Part shown: piece after piece, positions 33,801 to 48,005 of the stretch | How positions within the stretch are numbered: position 1 is the stretch's first letter | Layout: each line of letters begins with the position of its first letter | Assembly: GCA_002104945.1 (NCBI GenBank) | Contig: MCFH01000025.1 | Coordinates: forward strand, 62,001 to 126,000 | Direction of reading: 5' to 3' | From: Piromyces finnis finn | Taxonomy: Eukaryota; Fungi; Neocallimastigomycota | Length of the DNA stretch: 64,000 bases | The notes under the pieces: generated by a model | What the model was told of the DNA's origin: nothing | The model's input: only the letters and a program-made list of their open reading frames with translations | Databases searched by the model: none | Program-made: the position numbers and the translations under genes

Positions 33801-34541
33801 TAAAGATAATACTGATTCCCCATTATTATTTTTTAATAGTATAGATTGGTTGTGAGAAAGTGCAAAAGAAATTAAAGTTTTTTTATAGTCATATGAATAG
33901 ACATTGTTTTTTAAAACTTTATGAATAAAGGTGTCTTTACTACATATATCAGTATCGTTAACATCAATGCCATTAGCAATAAATAAAGAATATATATAAA
34001 GAAGGTCATAAGGAGAAACTTTTAGAGAAAGAAAAGCATTAACACTTTGCATAAATTTGTTATATAATTCTTTAATGATTTCCTTTCTATTGATATCATT
34101 AATAGAACTTTCAAAAAAGTATGTAAGAAGTAATTTTGAAGGTATAATTTTTAAATGAGAAAAAGCACTATCAAAAATCGTTTGCCCATTATATTTTTCT
34201 ATCAAATTAGTATAGGTATAATATGAATTGCTACATATATATTTTATAAAATCATATTCACTTATTCTTATTTTATGTTTACCTAAATTTAAAAATTGTA
34301 AAATGATGTGTTGGTCTATTATTATAAATTTATTAAACAATAATTGAAATATTTCACTATTAACATCATCATCTATTTCCAATGCTAATTTTAAAAAATG
34401 TATTCTTTCATGCTTATTAATATTTTTACCACTAACTTTTTCTAGAAACTTTTTAATTGCTGATATATTTTTGGAATTTAATAATTTGAATAAATAATAT
34501 GAACAATTAGAAATATAAAAATGCATTATATATTTCTTCAA
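30834..34541 (-). CDS. Large intronless ankyrin-repeat protein (1235 aa)
   Basis: Many tandem G.TPL..A...N...V..LL..GA..N repeats in two blocks (roughly residues 370-900 and 1000-1225). Confidence 0.93.
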   Translation of the reverse strand: MKKYIMHFYISNCSYYLFKLLNSKNISAIKKFLEKVSGKNINKHERIHFLKLALEIDDDVNSEIFQLLFNKFIIIDQHIILQFLNLGKHKIRISEYDFIKYICSNSYYTYTNLIEKYNGQTIFDSAFSHLKIIPSKLLLTYFFESSINDINRKEIIKELYNKFMQSVNAFLSLKVSPYDLLYIYSLFIANGIDVNDTDICSKDTFIHKVLKNNVYSYDYKKTLISFALSHNQSILLKNNNGESVLSLASINNDTRYLDLLFNSNCVIQELIQHKLDLYLYLYYNNNNRMIEDYAENKNSSTTLDEDQSVNIQKIISHTNETLTTFNLYDILKNNQEINIDILLIFSILYENNDGIVRKTFIDNPNKYLELKGNSEWKSLNCACQYGNVDMVIAYLKINANLQIKNSQKNTPLYIACLSNSIDIAHLLLDSIGISKEDINTSLLLSCKNGNIEFVKLLLKYGANVNVTNEKDKTPLIIASESNNLELVCLLLDANANMERKDSYGNSALIAAIHNENLSILEVLLKHDANVNIFDDKRRTPLIWACLKKNYNMIQFLLQYPVNINYKCFNGNTPLIIACFTDQLEVVKVLLNQPSVQINEINGRKNTALITAAESGNLSIVQQLISKNSSLNLRNKFGNTALMAAIEKDHVDIAEYLLNRKVDITIRNKNGETALFIACRKNHQKIVEQLIEQGADLNSKNSNHKSVLMQACENKNIDLIEYLIQHQADINKAYGMWNETAFMTSCQYNDIKIMKLLLNYNVDINLTSWYGKNSLMYLCENGFREQAELIIDQIKDVNLCDRYNNTAFSLACANNHFSCMTLLADRGIDFNIKNYDGNTPLHLACRNGNVESIKMLYEHQVKLNEQNKEGDTPLLIAARREDNDTLLALFSNPPFPLNFSIMNNKGEDILELILHHDSLTKLKILLNYDIDQRALVPVIESFLDQNFNTLEETFYSSTLDIKEVIKMIFDYLIHDPNYRFNDKILLTFIKLDLMEAVEYIFEQEHRNVNYMDPSSGLSYIIIATYNNNARLVRYLLEKGININKISPKNGETSLMIACSNNYDKIVRILLSHVPDINEINRNGETALCLAVKNNNTYCAELLLAYYADPNCLDQEGNSPLHYACQNRNLPLVELLLKHNANPGIKNNHGDTPLMIASINGSVELVNCLQKTGININDINNHQDSALILACINKHYTIVNTLLYFNADVSIINKDRVSAITLAKIDSKLAMILNSYL

Positions 34542-35183
34542 TAATCAAAATATAAAAACTTAATATTTTATTTTATTTTATATAATTTTATGTTATTTTT
34601 GTTTGTTTAATTTGAGCTTTTCTTTTAAATTAAAGCATATTTATAGGTGTGTGATTTCATGCTTTTCCATGAAAAGTGTGTTAAGCAAATAAATAATATT
34701 ATATTGATTTACTAATTTATATCTTTACCTTAATTTTAATTACTATTAATGATATATGTGGTTTAGTATAAAAATTTTTTAAAATTTTTAAATTATATTA
34801 AAAATTTATATAATTATTTAAATTATCAATTATTTATTTATTTATTTATTATTTATTAAACTTATATATATATTTTTATTTTTTATTTTTTATTTTATTT
34901 TTATTTTTATTTTTATTTTTATTTTCTACTTTTAATGAAAAGTATTAAATAATAATTTTTAAAAGTATAAATAATGAAATTAAAGGAAAGAAGAAAAAAA
35001 AAAATATGATGTATATATATATATATATATTTATTAAATAAAAAGAAAAATTATGTTGAATGAATAGTGTTGTGTTATATAAATATAAATATATATATAA
35101 ATATATATATAAAATGAAAAAAAGAAAATAAATGATATATATAAATAATCAATTAATTATTTCTTGAACTAAACGAAAAGTAT

Positions 35184-35429
35184 CTACTGAGATTTAGATG
35201 AAGAGGTTGAAATATCATTTGTAATTGTTTCATCAGATGAATAATTTTTATATGAACTGCTTTGTTGAACATCATTTACATCACCAGAACTACTATTATT
35301 TGTGGTAATAGTTGTAGTGGTAGTTGTGATAATAGAAGAGGTAGTATTATTTAAAGCATTATTACTATCATTGCTAATATCATCATTTTTTTCAACTTCA
35401 TTATTTTCATTTACACTATTATAATAATA

Positions 35430-35510
<81 letters not shown>

Positions 35511-38500
35511 GAATTTATTTTTTTGGTAATAATGTTTATTAGGATTATAAGGTTTTATATTTTGATATTTAGGATTAAATGGAATAGGATTAGTATATTG
35601 AGATGAAGCAACATAAAATACTTTCATATATGGGGGAGCTGTAGAATAACATAAATTACTTGAATTTGGTATGGTAGTAGCTGGAGTAGAATATTGATTA
35701 CCATCTTTTGAATTGTTAACATTCATCGGATAAGCAGCAGTAGATACATTTTGGTTGTTATACAAATTCATAACTGAACTACTAACATGATAAGCAGCAA
35801 TACCGTTTATATCTGAAGTATTACTGATTAAAATTGGATTAGCGGATATGGCTGTTGGAGCATTAATAGGTTTTCCAGTCATAATTGGATTATAAAATTT
35901 ATATGGAGTGTAATAGGAGATATGATTATTCTTATTATTAGAATAATAATATTTATTATTATAACTATGACGATGATAATATTTATTATTATTCATATAA
36001 TTTTGATTTTGATAATGGTTTTTATTATTAACATAATTATAATCATTATTATATTTATTTGATTTATGATATGAATAATTCATATTTTTATTGTATGTAT
36101 TTGAACCTGCACTATTATTATCTCCTCTATAGTTATATCTTCTATTATAATTCTTAAAATTGTTCTGATGAAAAACAGCGTTATATGTCTGACCTGTATA
36201 TAAGTTTCTATGTCTATATGGAGATGATGCTGAATTTTCTGTTTTTGAATATGTTGTTTCAGATGAAGTTCTGGTATCTTCATTTGATGAAGAATTTGTC
36301 ATTGATTCTTCAGTTGGATTTTCAGTTATATTTTCTGTCGGTGTTAATAATTCTGCAGAAGAAAATTGTTTATCTTCATGGTCAAAGTTATTAAGCTCAT
36401 CTATACTATTTATATTTACAATTTCATTAAAACTGTTTTCTTCATTCATCTTTTGATATAAACTTTTTTATGAATGTAAAAAAAATAGGATTAATTATTA
36501 ATAATATTAAACAAAATAAATAAATATATTAATAAAAAAAAGAATATTTTATTAAATATAAAATGTCAACGTCGATGCTATAATATTCTTTTTTTTTTTT
36601 TTTTTTTTTTTTTTTGTAAATATAATTTCAAATTTTTCTGCTTACGTATTACAATCATCAATAGAGAATGTTTTATTTTCAATATCTTTTCCACTACAAT
36701 GAAGAGTACCAAAATGTAATTCAACATTTGGTAAATCAGAAAAAGACATTTTATTTCTACAAGTATTATTATCTTGTGTCACTAATACTTTTGAAGCTTC
36801 AAATATTTCTCTATTATTTTGATGCATTTTCTTTGCAATTCTTTTATTTAATTCTTCAATTCTTTTGGCATTATCATTAACAATAACATTATTTTCACAA
36901 TTTTTATTTTCATTTTCTTCTTCGACAATTTGTTTAATTTCTTTCTCTTCTAAAATAACATCATCAATATCTCCCAAAACATCATTTAATTTTTCCTCTT
37001 CTTGAACACTTTCAATTTTTTCTTCTTCTTCATGATTTTCATTATTTTCAATTTCGTTTGGTTCTTCTTCCTTTACATTATTTCCTTTTACATCTTCTTC
37101 CTTCATGTTTTCTAATTTAACATCGCATTGATTCTCTATTAATTCTTCTTCATTAGTAATTGCCTTAATATCTTCTTTATTAGCATTTTCATTACTATTT
37201 TTTTTATTGTCATCATTTCCACTTTCCTTAATAGTAATTTTAATAGATATTGTTTCATTAGAATTTTCTTTCGAACTCTTTATCTCTTTTCTTATAATGT
37301 GTTCTGTTGTTGATTTTTTTTCAATAATTACTTTGCATTCCCTATTATTATCTGGTTTTGATCTTTTAAAAAAAATAATAGATTTATAAATTTATAATTA
37401 ATTAATATAATTAATAAATGTAAAATAAAATAATGATAAATTCTAATATCATTATTATATTTAAATCTATAATTTATTAATTTTAACTATAATTAAATAT
37501 TTTTATATATATCCAATTTTTCTAATATTAATTTTTTTTTAAATAATTACTTTGCTACTTGCGCCCAAGACAATTTTTTAGATTTATTTTCGGATTCATT
37601 TTCTTTATCAATATTTGATCTTTGAGAGATTATATCCACTTTAGTTTGACTATCATTATTGTTATTGGATACTTTTTCTTCCTTTAATGACTCACTTAAA
37701 TTATCAAGAGACTTTTTACTTTTATATGATTTACTGGATTCCTTTTCCCTTTCATAGTAGCTCTTTTTCTTATATTCATTTTTTTTACTGAAAGAACGAT
37801 AACCACCACTATAATAATGTTTATAATATGAATCATAAGAAATATATTTACTTTTACTTCTTCCACTTCCACTTCTATTATAAATCTTATAACCCTTTTT
37901 TTCATTCCTACTACTACTCTTCAATGATGATAATGACTTATTAGATTCTTTATTTAACTTTACTTCTTCATCAACAGATTTTTCTAAAATTGATTCTGAT
38001 ATTTTAATATCATTTTTTACTTTATCCTCCACTATTACTTTATTTTCTTTTTCCTTTATGTCATCTTTTTCCTTATCCTCATTTTTATTTTCTGTTTTTT
38101 TTTTTCCATCTATATAGTATTATAGTATTAAATTTATTATTTGAATTAATAATATATATATATATTTAACAATTTGAAATATATATTATGTATAATATTA
38201 TGTATAATATATTAAAGTACATTATTTCATTTAAAAAAAAAAAATTATTTTTAGTTTTATGTATATTACCTTGATTTATAATTTTACTTCTAACATTACC
38301 TAAAATTTCACATATTTTTAAATAATATTATATTTTTTATTTCATTTATAAAATTAATAATTACAAAAGTAGTTTTTGTTAATATTTATTTTTTTTTTTT
38401 TTTTAGGAAAAAAAAACCCTTAATAATATTTACCTTCCATTATATTTTTAATAGCTCTGTCTATATCACCTTTTGAATCATTGAGCTTGTTTAATAGTAA

Positions 38501-38614
38501 TTCTTTTTCTAAATTTTCAAGTTGTTTTTCTTTATCTTTAACATCACTAAAATCTTTATTATTTCCTATATATAAATTATGACTATGTAAAATTTTTTCT
38601 ACAGCTAATTCCAT
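35184..38614 (-). CDS. Low-complexity protein with N-terminal UBA/CUE-like helix (LNDSKGDIDRAIKNIMEG), charged middle and Asn/Tyr-rich C-terminus; Def1/UBAP2-like architecture
   Basis: ORF-track segments 38420-38614, 37547-38032, 36642-37106 and 35184-36449 join through GT-AG introns, with a probable micro-exon near 38270-38300. Contains KKLSWAQVAK and an in-frame poly-Asn run. Family assignment is tentative. Confidence 0.55.
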
Positions 38615-39429
38615 TTTCTTATGGTATATCTATTTTAAATAATATTATATTGAATTGAATTAATAAATATTCTAAAAATAAATTTTTATTAAAAATAAGA
38701 AAAAAATAATAAATTTAAATATTTCTTAAATATCTAAATTTTACTTTTTTTTTGTACTTTTTAAATATTATATAAATAAAATGTCTACCTAATAATGAAT
38801 TAAATTATAATAATAAAGAAAAATCTTGAAAGTTTTATATTAAAAGTTCAATTCAATCTATAGTACTTTTCTTAAAGCAAATGCGTTAAATATATTTTGT
38901 TTTAAATGATAAATTTAAATATTTCTTTAAAATTATTAATTTCATAAATTTAAAGGAATTTTTATAAAATATTCAATTATCTTTCTTAAACTATTTTAGT
39001 TTTTTTTTTATCCACAAAATATCTAAAATATATTGTATTATTTCTAAATTTACTAATTTAGAAACTTTAACATAAATAATTAAAACAGTTTTTTTTTAAA
39101 AAAAAAGAAAAAAATATGAAGAGAAAATATAAAAGAAGAAATTTAGTAATATCAAATAATAATACAAATACTTTAATAAATTTAATATAATTAAAAAAAA
39201 AAAAAGCAATGCTACATTAATTTAAATTATTATAAAATAAAAATGTGTAATTAAAAAAGATTATATAAGTAAAATGAATACTCTAATTATTATTCATAAT
39301 AATATAAAAAAATGTGATTATTGAATAATAAAAGTATATTTTATTATTATTATATAAATATTAATTTATCTATAAATATATTATATTGATATTAATTTCC
39401 AGAATTATATTTAAATAATTACTATTAAA

Positions 39430-39616
<187 letters not shown>

Positions 39617-41441
39617 TCTAATTATAATATATAATCAATACTTTTATTAAAATCGATTTCATTTTTCTTAACTTTCGTTCAATTTGATTACTACTTTTTT
39701 GTTTAATTAATTTTTTTTAATTAATATAAAATTTTAAATTTTAATTATTTTAATTTCTTTTTTTTTTAATAATAAACTATTTTATAATAATAAGAAATTT
39801 CACTATTATAACTAAATATTAGCGTTTATAAGATCATTAAGATATATTTTCATATTCATTTACATTAATACGAGATTAATAATATATTGATTTCTATGAA
39901 CTATTGCTTCATTTCTTCATTATAAAAAGTACCTTTTTTTTTTTTTTTTTTTTTTGATTAACCAATTTTCTTTTTATTGAAATTAAAGTTTCTCATTTAA
40001 TTAAAATATTAATTAAATTTTTGAAATAAATTTGATAAAATTTATATATGAGAATCATACTTAAAATATATAATTTTATTTAATCTTCATATTTAAAAAT
40101 ACCCATTTGTATATATATAATTAATATGTATTTTAAATTAAATTTCATTGAAAAATAATCATTACCAATTATAGTATAATTACTTTTTTTTTTTTTTTTT
40201 GAAATAAAAAATAAAATAAAAACAAAAAAGAGGTAGGAATTTGCATAAAAATAAAATACAAAAAAAAAGTGTTTTTATTATAAATTAATTTAATATAATT
40301 GAAAAAATTAGAAAATTCATTGATTTCTCTATAAAATATAATTATTTAAATGATATTTCTTGATTTTTTAATGTTTTAATAATAATATGTTATCATTTAT
40401 TAAAAAATATTGATTATATTAAAATGAAAATTCTATTATAATTATAAAACATTATTAAATTTCAAATTAGTAATGTTACATACACTTAAATATTTTATAT
40501 AAGCCTATTTATATTTAAAAACTAATTAAAAAATACTATTGATCATATTAAAATATTACTTTGAATATTAAAATGATTAAAAATTGAAACCTTTGTATAA
40601 TAAAATATAATTATATAATAAAACTATTATTTATAAATAACAGTTTCATCCTATTAATACATTATTAAAAATATAAAAAGTATTTTTTTTCTCTATATTC
40701 TATATTGATATTTTTTAAATAAATAAATAAAAATATGTACTGTTATTAATTTACATAAATACATTATTTAAAAAAATGTTCATTTATTTATAATATTTAT
40801 AATAATCGGAGTATAAAAAAAATACCAAGATATTACAATATTGATAAATTAATAAATGTCATTTATTGGACAATAAACATTATTCTGTATACAATAATGT
40901 ACTGTAAACAATTTGATTAAAAGTAAATTAAATATTATCAGGAATAATTTAATAAATTTATTATTTATATAAATATTTTACTGTAACAAAATTGAAATGT
41001 TTATTAATTAAAATATTGTTTAAATATAAAACTTTATTAATCATTTTCAAGAAATAAAAAAAAAAACTCCAAAGAAAAAAAGTTTGTTAAAATAAATATT
41101 TTAAATAATTAATATTATAATTAATATAAACTTTAATTCATTTATATATATTATAATTTAATGGTTAAAAGAAAAAAAAAATGTAACTTTAATTTAAGCA
41201 CATAATCTAATAATATCCAAAAGAATTAAATAGAAAGTGAAATATTTCGATAAGTCATAAAATTAAAGTTCAATCCTAAATCACAATACTACAATAAAAA
41301 TTTATCACTATAGCCATAATAATATATATACTTTGGTTAAAAAAAAAAAAGAAAAAAAAAAAGCTACTAAAAAATTTGCATATATTTAAAAGAATACCAT
41401 AAAAAAATAATATATAAATAAATAAAAAAAGTGAAAATACT

Positions 41442-42480
41442 ATGGCAGAAGTTCATATTATAGGACAATTAACTGGTGCTTCGGGTTTCCCTTCAGCAAA
41501 CCTTTCTTGTAAATGGAGTATTGTAGCAGGAGAAGAATGGACATTATTAGAAGGATCAATTAAAGGACATACACAAGTCGATTTACCTGTTGTTCGTATT
41601 ATTTCCTAAAAAAATGATTTTAATCATTAATATAAAAAATATAAATATAAAAACAGCCAAGCATAAAATAGTATTTCTTTTTTTTTTTATAATTTAAAAT
41701 GAAAAATCCCCTTTAATATATATCAAATAGTTTTTATATTTATATACATATAATTTAATTTCATATAGTTTTATTACTTTATTAATTTCAGAAATATTTT
41801 TTATATAAATACTATATAATTACAATGAAAGGATGCTAGATTTAGTGTTTGGTCACATCCAATAGGTAAATCATTTATTATATAATTATTTCATATATGA
41901 AAACTAAAAATAGTCATAATCAAGGACTTAATCATCCATAAAATAATAATTTTAATATGTATATGAATATATAGATGTTCACTACTCAACAAAATCAATA
42001 AAAGGTTGGCCAAAAATTCAATTTCAGATATTTCATCAAGATCGTTTTGGTAGAAATGAACTATGTAAAATATCATAGGAAATATTTAGATTTTTATTGA
42101 TAATACTCATTTATTATTCATTAATAAAATAATATTCTATATATATATTATTAATTTTATTTTTTTTCTTCTTCTTAATATATAAAAGATGGATATGGCT
42201 TTATTCATGTACCAACAACACCTGGAATGCATGAATTAGAATGTATGACATGGAAACCTCTTTCATCTAATTCAAATAAATTATGGGGTAAAAAAAAATT
42301 AAAAGATATTTTAATATTTTAAAATACACATTTTTCTTTTTTTCATTATTATTTTCTTTTTTAATTGCTATTATATATTAATGTATCTAATAATTTAAAC
42401 ATTTCATATTTCATTATATTATATATATATAAATATTTTTTTTTTACAAACATTTCATATTTATATATACTGTTATTAAA

Positions 42481-42518
<38 letters not shown>

Positions 42519-42740
42519 AATAATTTGGAATTCCTATAAATATATATATTGAATAAATTGTATATTTTCTTAATGGAAATAGAGTTTTTCCTTGGTGCTT
42601 CATCCCAACTTAGAGATACCGATGTAATACATAATGGTGCAGATCGTTTTAGATTAGTAACAGCAACAATGGGGAAAGTTCACTTAGAATTGGGAATCAT
42701 ATTAAGAAACTTTTCAAATTATGGTATTAGTATGAGTTAA
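41442..42740 (+). CDS. B9D2: B9 domain-containing protein 2 (ciliary transition zone, MKS module), five exons
   Basis: Spliced [132 protein letters not shown]. Confidence 0.95.
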
Positions 42741-42944
42741 AACACGATAAATAGTATATACCTTCACACAATAATATATATGATTAAAATAAATAAATAA
42801 ATATATATATATTACATGTATATATTTGTACTATATAATTTACACCTTTATACTGTGAAGATATTCATTCAATATCAAATTATATCATCAGTATAATCAC
42901 TATAATTCATTATTTATCTTTAAAGATAATAGTTTTTCTTCCTT

Positions 42945-42976
<32 letters not shown>

Positions 42977-43595
42977 TTTAATATTTAACATCTATTATAT
43001 ATTTTCTTACATCTAATTTAATTTAATCATCCATCCATTATTAATTATTATATATATAAATTTTTAAGTCTACATTTTACAAAAATAAAAAAAAAAAAAA
43101 AAGAAACATTTTATCCAATAGTTTATATAAAATTATAAATTTGTAATTTAATATTAATTTTTAAAACACAACAATAAACCATAACATTTATCATTTATAT
43201 ATATATATTATATTTTATAATGTGTATGTATTTCGTTTATTTTATTGCGATGGTAATTTTTTAATATAAATATATATATGGTATTTGATATTCATTTTTA
43301 AATATTAATATTTTTTAAATAGAAAAAAAAAATTGATAAAAATGAATTAATAAATTACTTCTACAAATAATTTTGATTATAAATAACGAAAAATATTTAA
43401 TATTGAATTGGTTTAGTTTCAAAAAAAAATAAAATAAATAATTTTAAAAATATAAACTTTTGAAACATTTATATTAAAATAAGGTTATTTAATTAAATTC
43501 TGTGTATAAAAAATAAAAAATCTAATAAAGGATAATAAAAAATGTATGACTATATGATAATATAAATATTTTTTTTTAATCATCTATAATTACAC

Positions 43596-45682
43596 TTATA
43601 AGAAATCACGTTTTCTAGTGGTATTCATGTATGGTCTGTAAGTCCATTCAACATCAGCTTCAGTAATATCAGCTGTACCAAGTTTAATTTCATAAAGTTT
43701 CATTTCAAATCTTGGACCAACTTCAGCTAATTGTATATCTTGACCAACTTTATAATATACATGATGACTATTGTAATTATTTATTGAATAAAGTATATAT
43801 GTAGATAAATAAATAGATTAGATTAATATAACTTATAATAAATAAGTTGTTCTACAGTTAATATTAATCACAATAATTTACCGGAATGATATGAAATCAC
43901 TATCATTTGCAAAAGTAATAACACGCTTACTATCTTCCTTCGGTACTGGGAATAAATATTTTAATATATTACTAACCTAAAAAATATTAAATCAAAATTT
44001 TGTTTATAAAATTAACATTAAATATTCGGCAATAAAATTAATTTAAAATATACACTTTCGACTTATTTTATCATAATTATTCTTGTTAGGATACTTACTC
44101 TAGTACCTAATTTAGTAGTGAAATTATTGAAAATGAGATGTGGATAGGCTTCAGAAACAGTACCACGATCAGGGATATCATGACGTAAGATAACATTACT
44201 TAAAGTGAAATAAGCAGTTGGACCATATGGGAAATGAGAAACAATCATACCATCTTATAATTTTTTTTGTAATTTAGTTTTTAGTTATATTTTTTGAGAA
44301 TTTTTGTTTTAATAATGGTATTAAGATTATTAATAATAAATAAATTTTGAATTGGATATTAAAAAAGGATTAATATAATTCATTAATTCATATATAAATT
44401 AAAAGAAATCTAAAGTTTTTCTTAAACATTTACCTGGTTGACCTCTATGTTCATGCAATATAATAAGATCGGTAACTTCATTTGATTTACAAGCATTAAC
44501 GACATCCTTAATAACATAATTACCTCTATTAATTCTTTGGGAATTTGGAAAAATTAATTTCATTTCTTTTGCAAATTGTTGTAAACGACTACTTGGATCT
44601 CTTGAGGTTGTGATTAAAACTTTTGGATCATGAACACCAGCTTGAGCATATTCATCATCGATATGTGTTTGCATATCTTTTTTTTTTTAATTTAAATTAA
44701 GCATTTTTATATTATAAAATTTCATTATCAAAATTATCGATTTATAAAATTAAAATTTCAATATTTATTATTAAAATTTCAAAGGTTTTAGATAGATATT
44801 AAATTTAGTTATATTTATTTTTTTTTTTATTTTTAATGTTTGATATTTTATATATGCATACCTTCATGATGTTCATCAAGTAATAAATCATTTTTTAAGG
44901 ATTCAGATTCATTTCTTAATTCAGTTGGAATTTGTTTTCCCTCTATTATGATTATATAATAATAATTGTAGGATTAGAACAAATATTATATTTTTTAAAA
45001 TTCATAGAGCATTTAATATATATCAAAAAAAAAAGAAAAAGAAAATTTTGATTTAAGAAAAATTATATAAAATCAGTTTCAAAGATTTTATTTAGAATTT
45101 AATTCTATTAAATTTTATTTTAGAATCATTAATTCATATCATAATATATTTTTTCACAATATATCATCAAGTTTTATAATAGATAGTGTTTGAAATATTT
45201 CTAATTATGATTTTCTTTTTCTTTTTCTTTTCCTTTTTTTTTTTTTTTTTTTTTTTTTTTGAAAAAATCATTAATTTTTATTTATTTTCAATTAAAATTT
45301 TTAAGCTTTCTGAATTCTAGTGTGGAAATGCGTTTACTTATTAGAATTTTTAAAAATATTAAATCATTATTATTGGAATGGAACAATATTTATTTGTTGT
45401 AATTATAAACTTTGATTATTTAATTAATTAAATATTTGTAATATAGTATACATCAAATATTTGCTTCATTTATATATGTGTATATATTAAGCAATTTTTT
45501 TTTATAAATATTTCCTTCCTTTTTCTAAAAAAAAAAAAAAATTGAATTGTTCTTCTATCGAATAACTAACCAGCTAAAGCATTTTTTAAAGCTTGCTTTC
45601 TTTCGAAAATCTGACGATCTTTAGCTTCTAAAGCTTTTCTATAAATATATTCTTTACGAAGTCTTGTATTTCTACGAATCAT
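43596..45682 (-). CDS. IMP4: U3 snoRNP protein Imp4 (Brix domain), six exons
   Basis: Spliced [112 protein letters not shown]. Confidence 0.96.
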
Positions 45683-48005
45683 TTTTTATATTACTATTAT
45701 TATAGAGAAATTTGTAATAAGACTAAAATAACTTTTTGAAATTAGAATTTTATTTATTATATACAAAAAATTAATTTTCAATTTTTGAAAATATTCAAAA
45801 AAAAAAAAAAGATTAAAAATATAACAATCAACCAATCATAATTAAATATTATATATGCTTATATGATTGAATTTATATATAATATGTTAAAAAATAATAT
45901 ATTGACAATATAAAAATAAATAAATATATAAATATAGCAAAAATAATAATAAAATAAATAAATAAAAATTAAAAACTAAATAATTTCAATTTTAAAGATT
46001 TAAATAAATAATTGAAAGGGTTAGATTGGGATTAAAGTTTCTAAATTATTATTATTATTTAAGAAAAGAAAAATATTAATTAAAGGTATTTATATTTTAT
46101 ATGTCAGAAGTATTAATATTAACACAACACCATTACTTCTATATAAAAAATATATATAAAAGATTTTGTACTTTTAACGAAAAAAAAGGTAATTTTCATG
46201 ATTATATATTTTATTTTTGAATATTTATCTTTTTATTAATATTATTAATAGAATTTTAAAAAAAAAAAAAAAGACACTACTAAATAATTTAAAAGATATA
46301 TTTTTTAAATGAAAAAAAGTACAATTACTAATGTTTAAACTTTTCTTTCTGTGTGTAATAGTAAATTCAATAACGATTTTATATTTTATTGTTTAATTTT
46401 TCAAATATTTACTATCATATATTTGTTATATTTGTTCATGGGGTAATTTAATTAATACATGAAGGAATGATTAATTTATACGTTAATAAAGATTGTAGTA
46501 AAATTTATAGTTATTAAGTTATTCATGTTTTTTAAATATAAATTTAGTTATCTTAATAACTATAATGTATTATATGACTGTAATTATAAAAATAAACAGT
46601 ATTAAGATATTATTACTACAAAATAAAAGATATTTAAATTACATCATCATAATAATTAAATGCATATGTTAATAAAATGACACCAATTATTATTTTTTTA
46701 GTAATTTTTTAAAATCATGAACAACATTGAAAACTAAAATTATATAACTTTGTAATGGTATTTATACCAGGCGTAAATATAATTAAATTATCATATTCTA
46801 AAGGAATATGTTATATAATGTATTAATAAATTCATGCTATGGTAAATTGTTTATTATATTTATTATTTATTAATATTTATTAATATTTGTTTATATTTAA
46901 TAATTGTTCTTGCAATTGCTTTTATTATAATTTATTAAAATATTAGTTTATTATTATTAATTATTACTTCTTATAATTTGTTATTGATTATAGTTAAGTT
47001 TTAAATATTACTTTGTTATATAACTTAATATTGATTATTAATTAAATGAATCAAATTATTGGGTAGAATTAACATGAAATTTAAGTATAAAATATCTTGA
47101 AAAAACTGTCATTAAATAATTCTATTTAATAATAATCAACTAACATTATACTATTATTAAAGTTGTTCCATTTAATAACACTTAAAATTTCCACAAGTAA
47201 TTTAATATATTTAATTATTTCAAAAAAAAAAAATAAATAAATAAAATGTCTTATATAGTGAGAATTATGATTAATATTAAAATCTAAATTTCATTTAATG
47301 GTAGTAGTAGTAATACTATCAAATACATTTATATTTTATTGTATATTTAAATGTATAATAAAGGATAAAATAAGTACTAAAGTTTATTATAATTTTTAAT
47401 TTCTATATAACTATATATTTATATTAATTAAGTAATTTAATAGTTTTTAACATAAAACCTTAATCATTTAAGTTTATAAAAAAAAAAAAAACATAAAGAA
47501 AAAAGTATTAATAAGTATTAATAAAAGTAATATATAGAATTTATTATATAAAAAATTTCAATTTACTAAATCATTGGTTTAATCAAAATTACACAATTCA
47601 TAAAGTTTGACAATCTTCATAATTTTAATTATGCATCATTATTATTTGCTTAATTTTCTTTCGACAATTAATTATAAATTTTGTATTTAATAATTTATAA
47701 ATTGAATTTTTTTTAATTATTATGTTTCTTTTTAATATTTATAAGAATTAAGTATTATATAATTTATTTTTATTTTTATTTCTTAAAGTACAAAAAGAAA
47801 ATTATAGATAGTAATTTAATTTCGAATAATTTTTTTAACTTTATTTTCTCCATTATTGTATTACTGTAAAAAAGTAGGATACAAGTGTATAATAAATTGA
47901 TATATGCAGATCTAACTATTAATTATTCTATATCATTTTTTTCAATTAAATATATAAATAAATAATTAAATCAAATAATTATATAACATATTAAAACAGC
48001 CCGAA

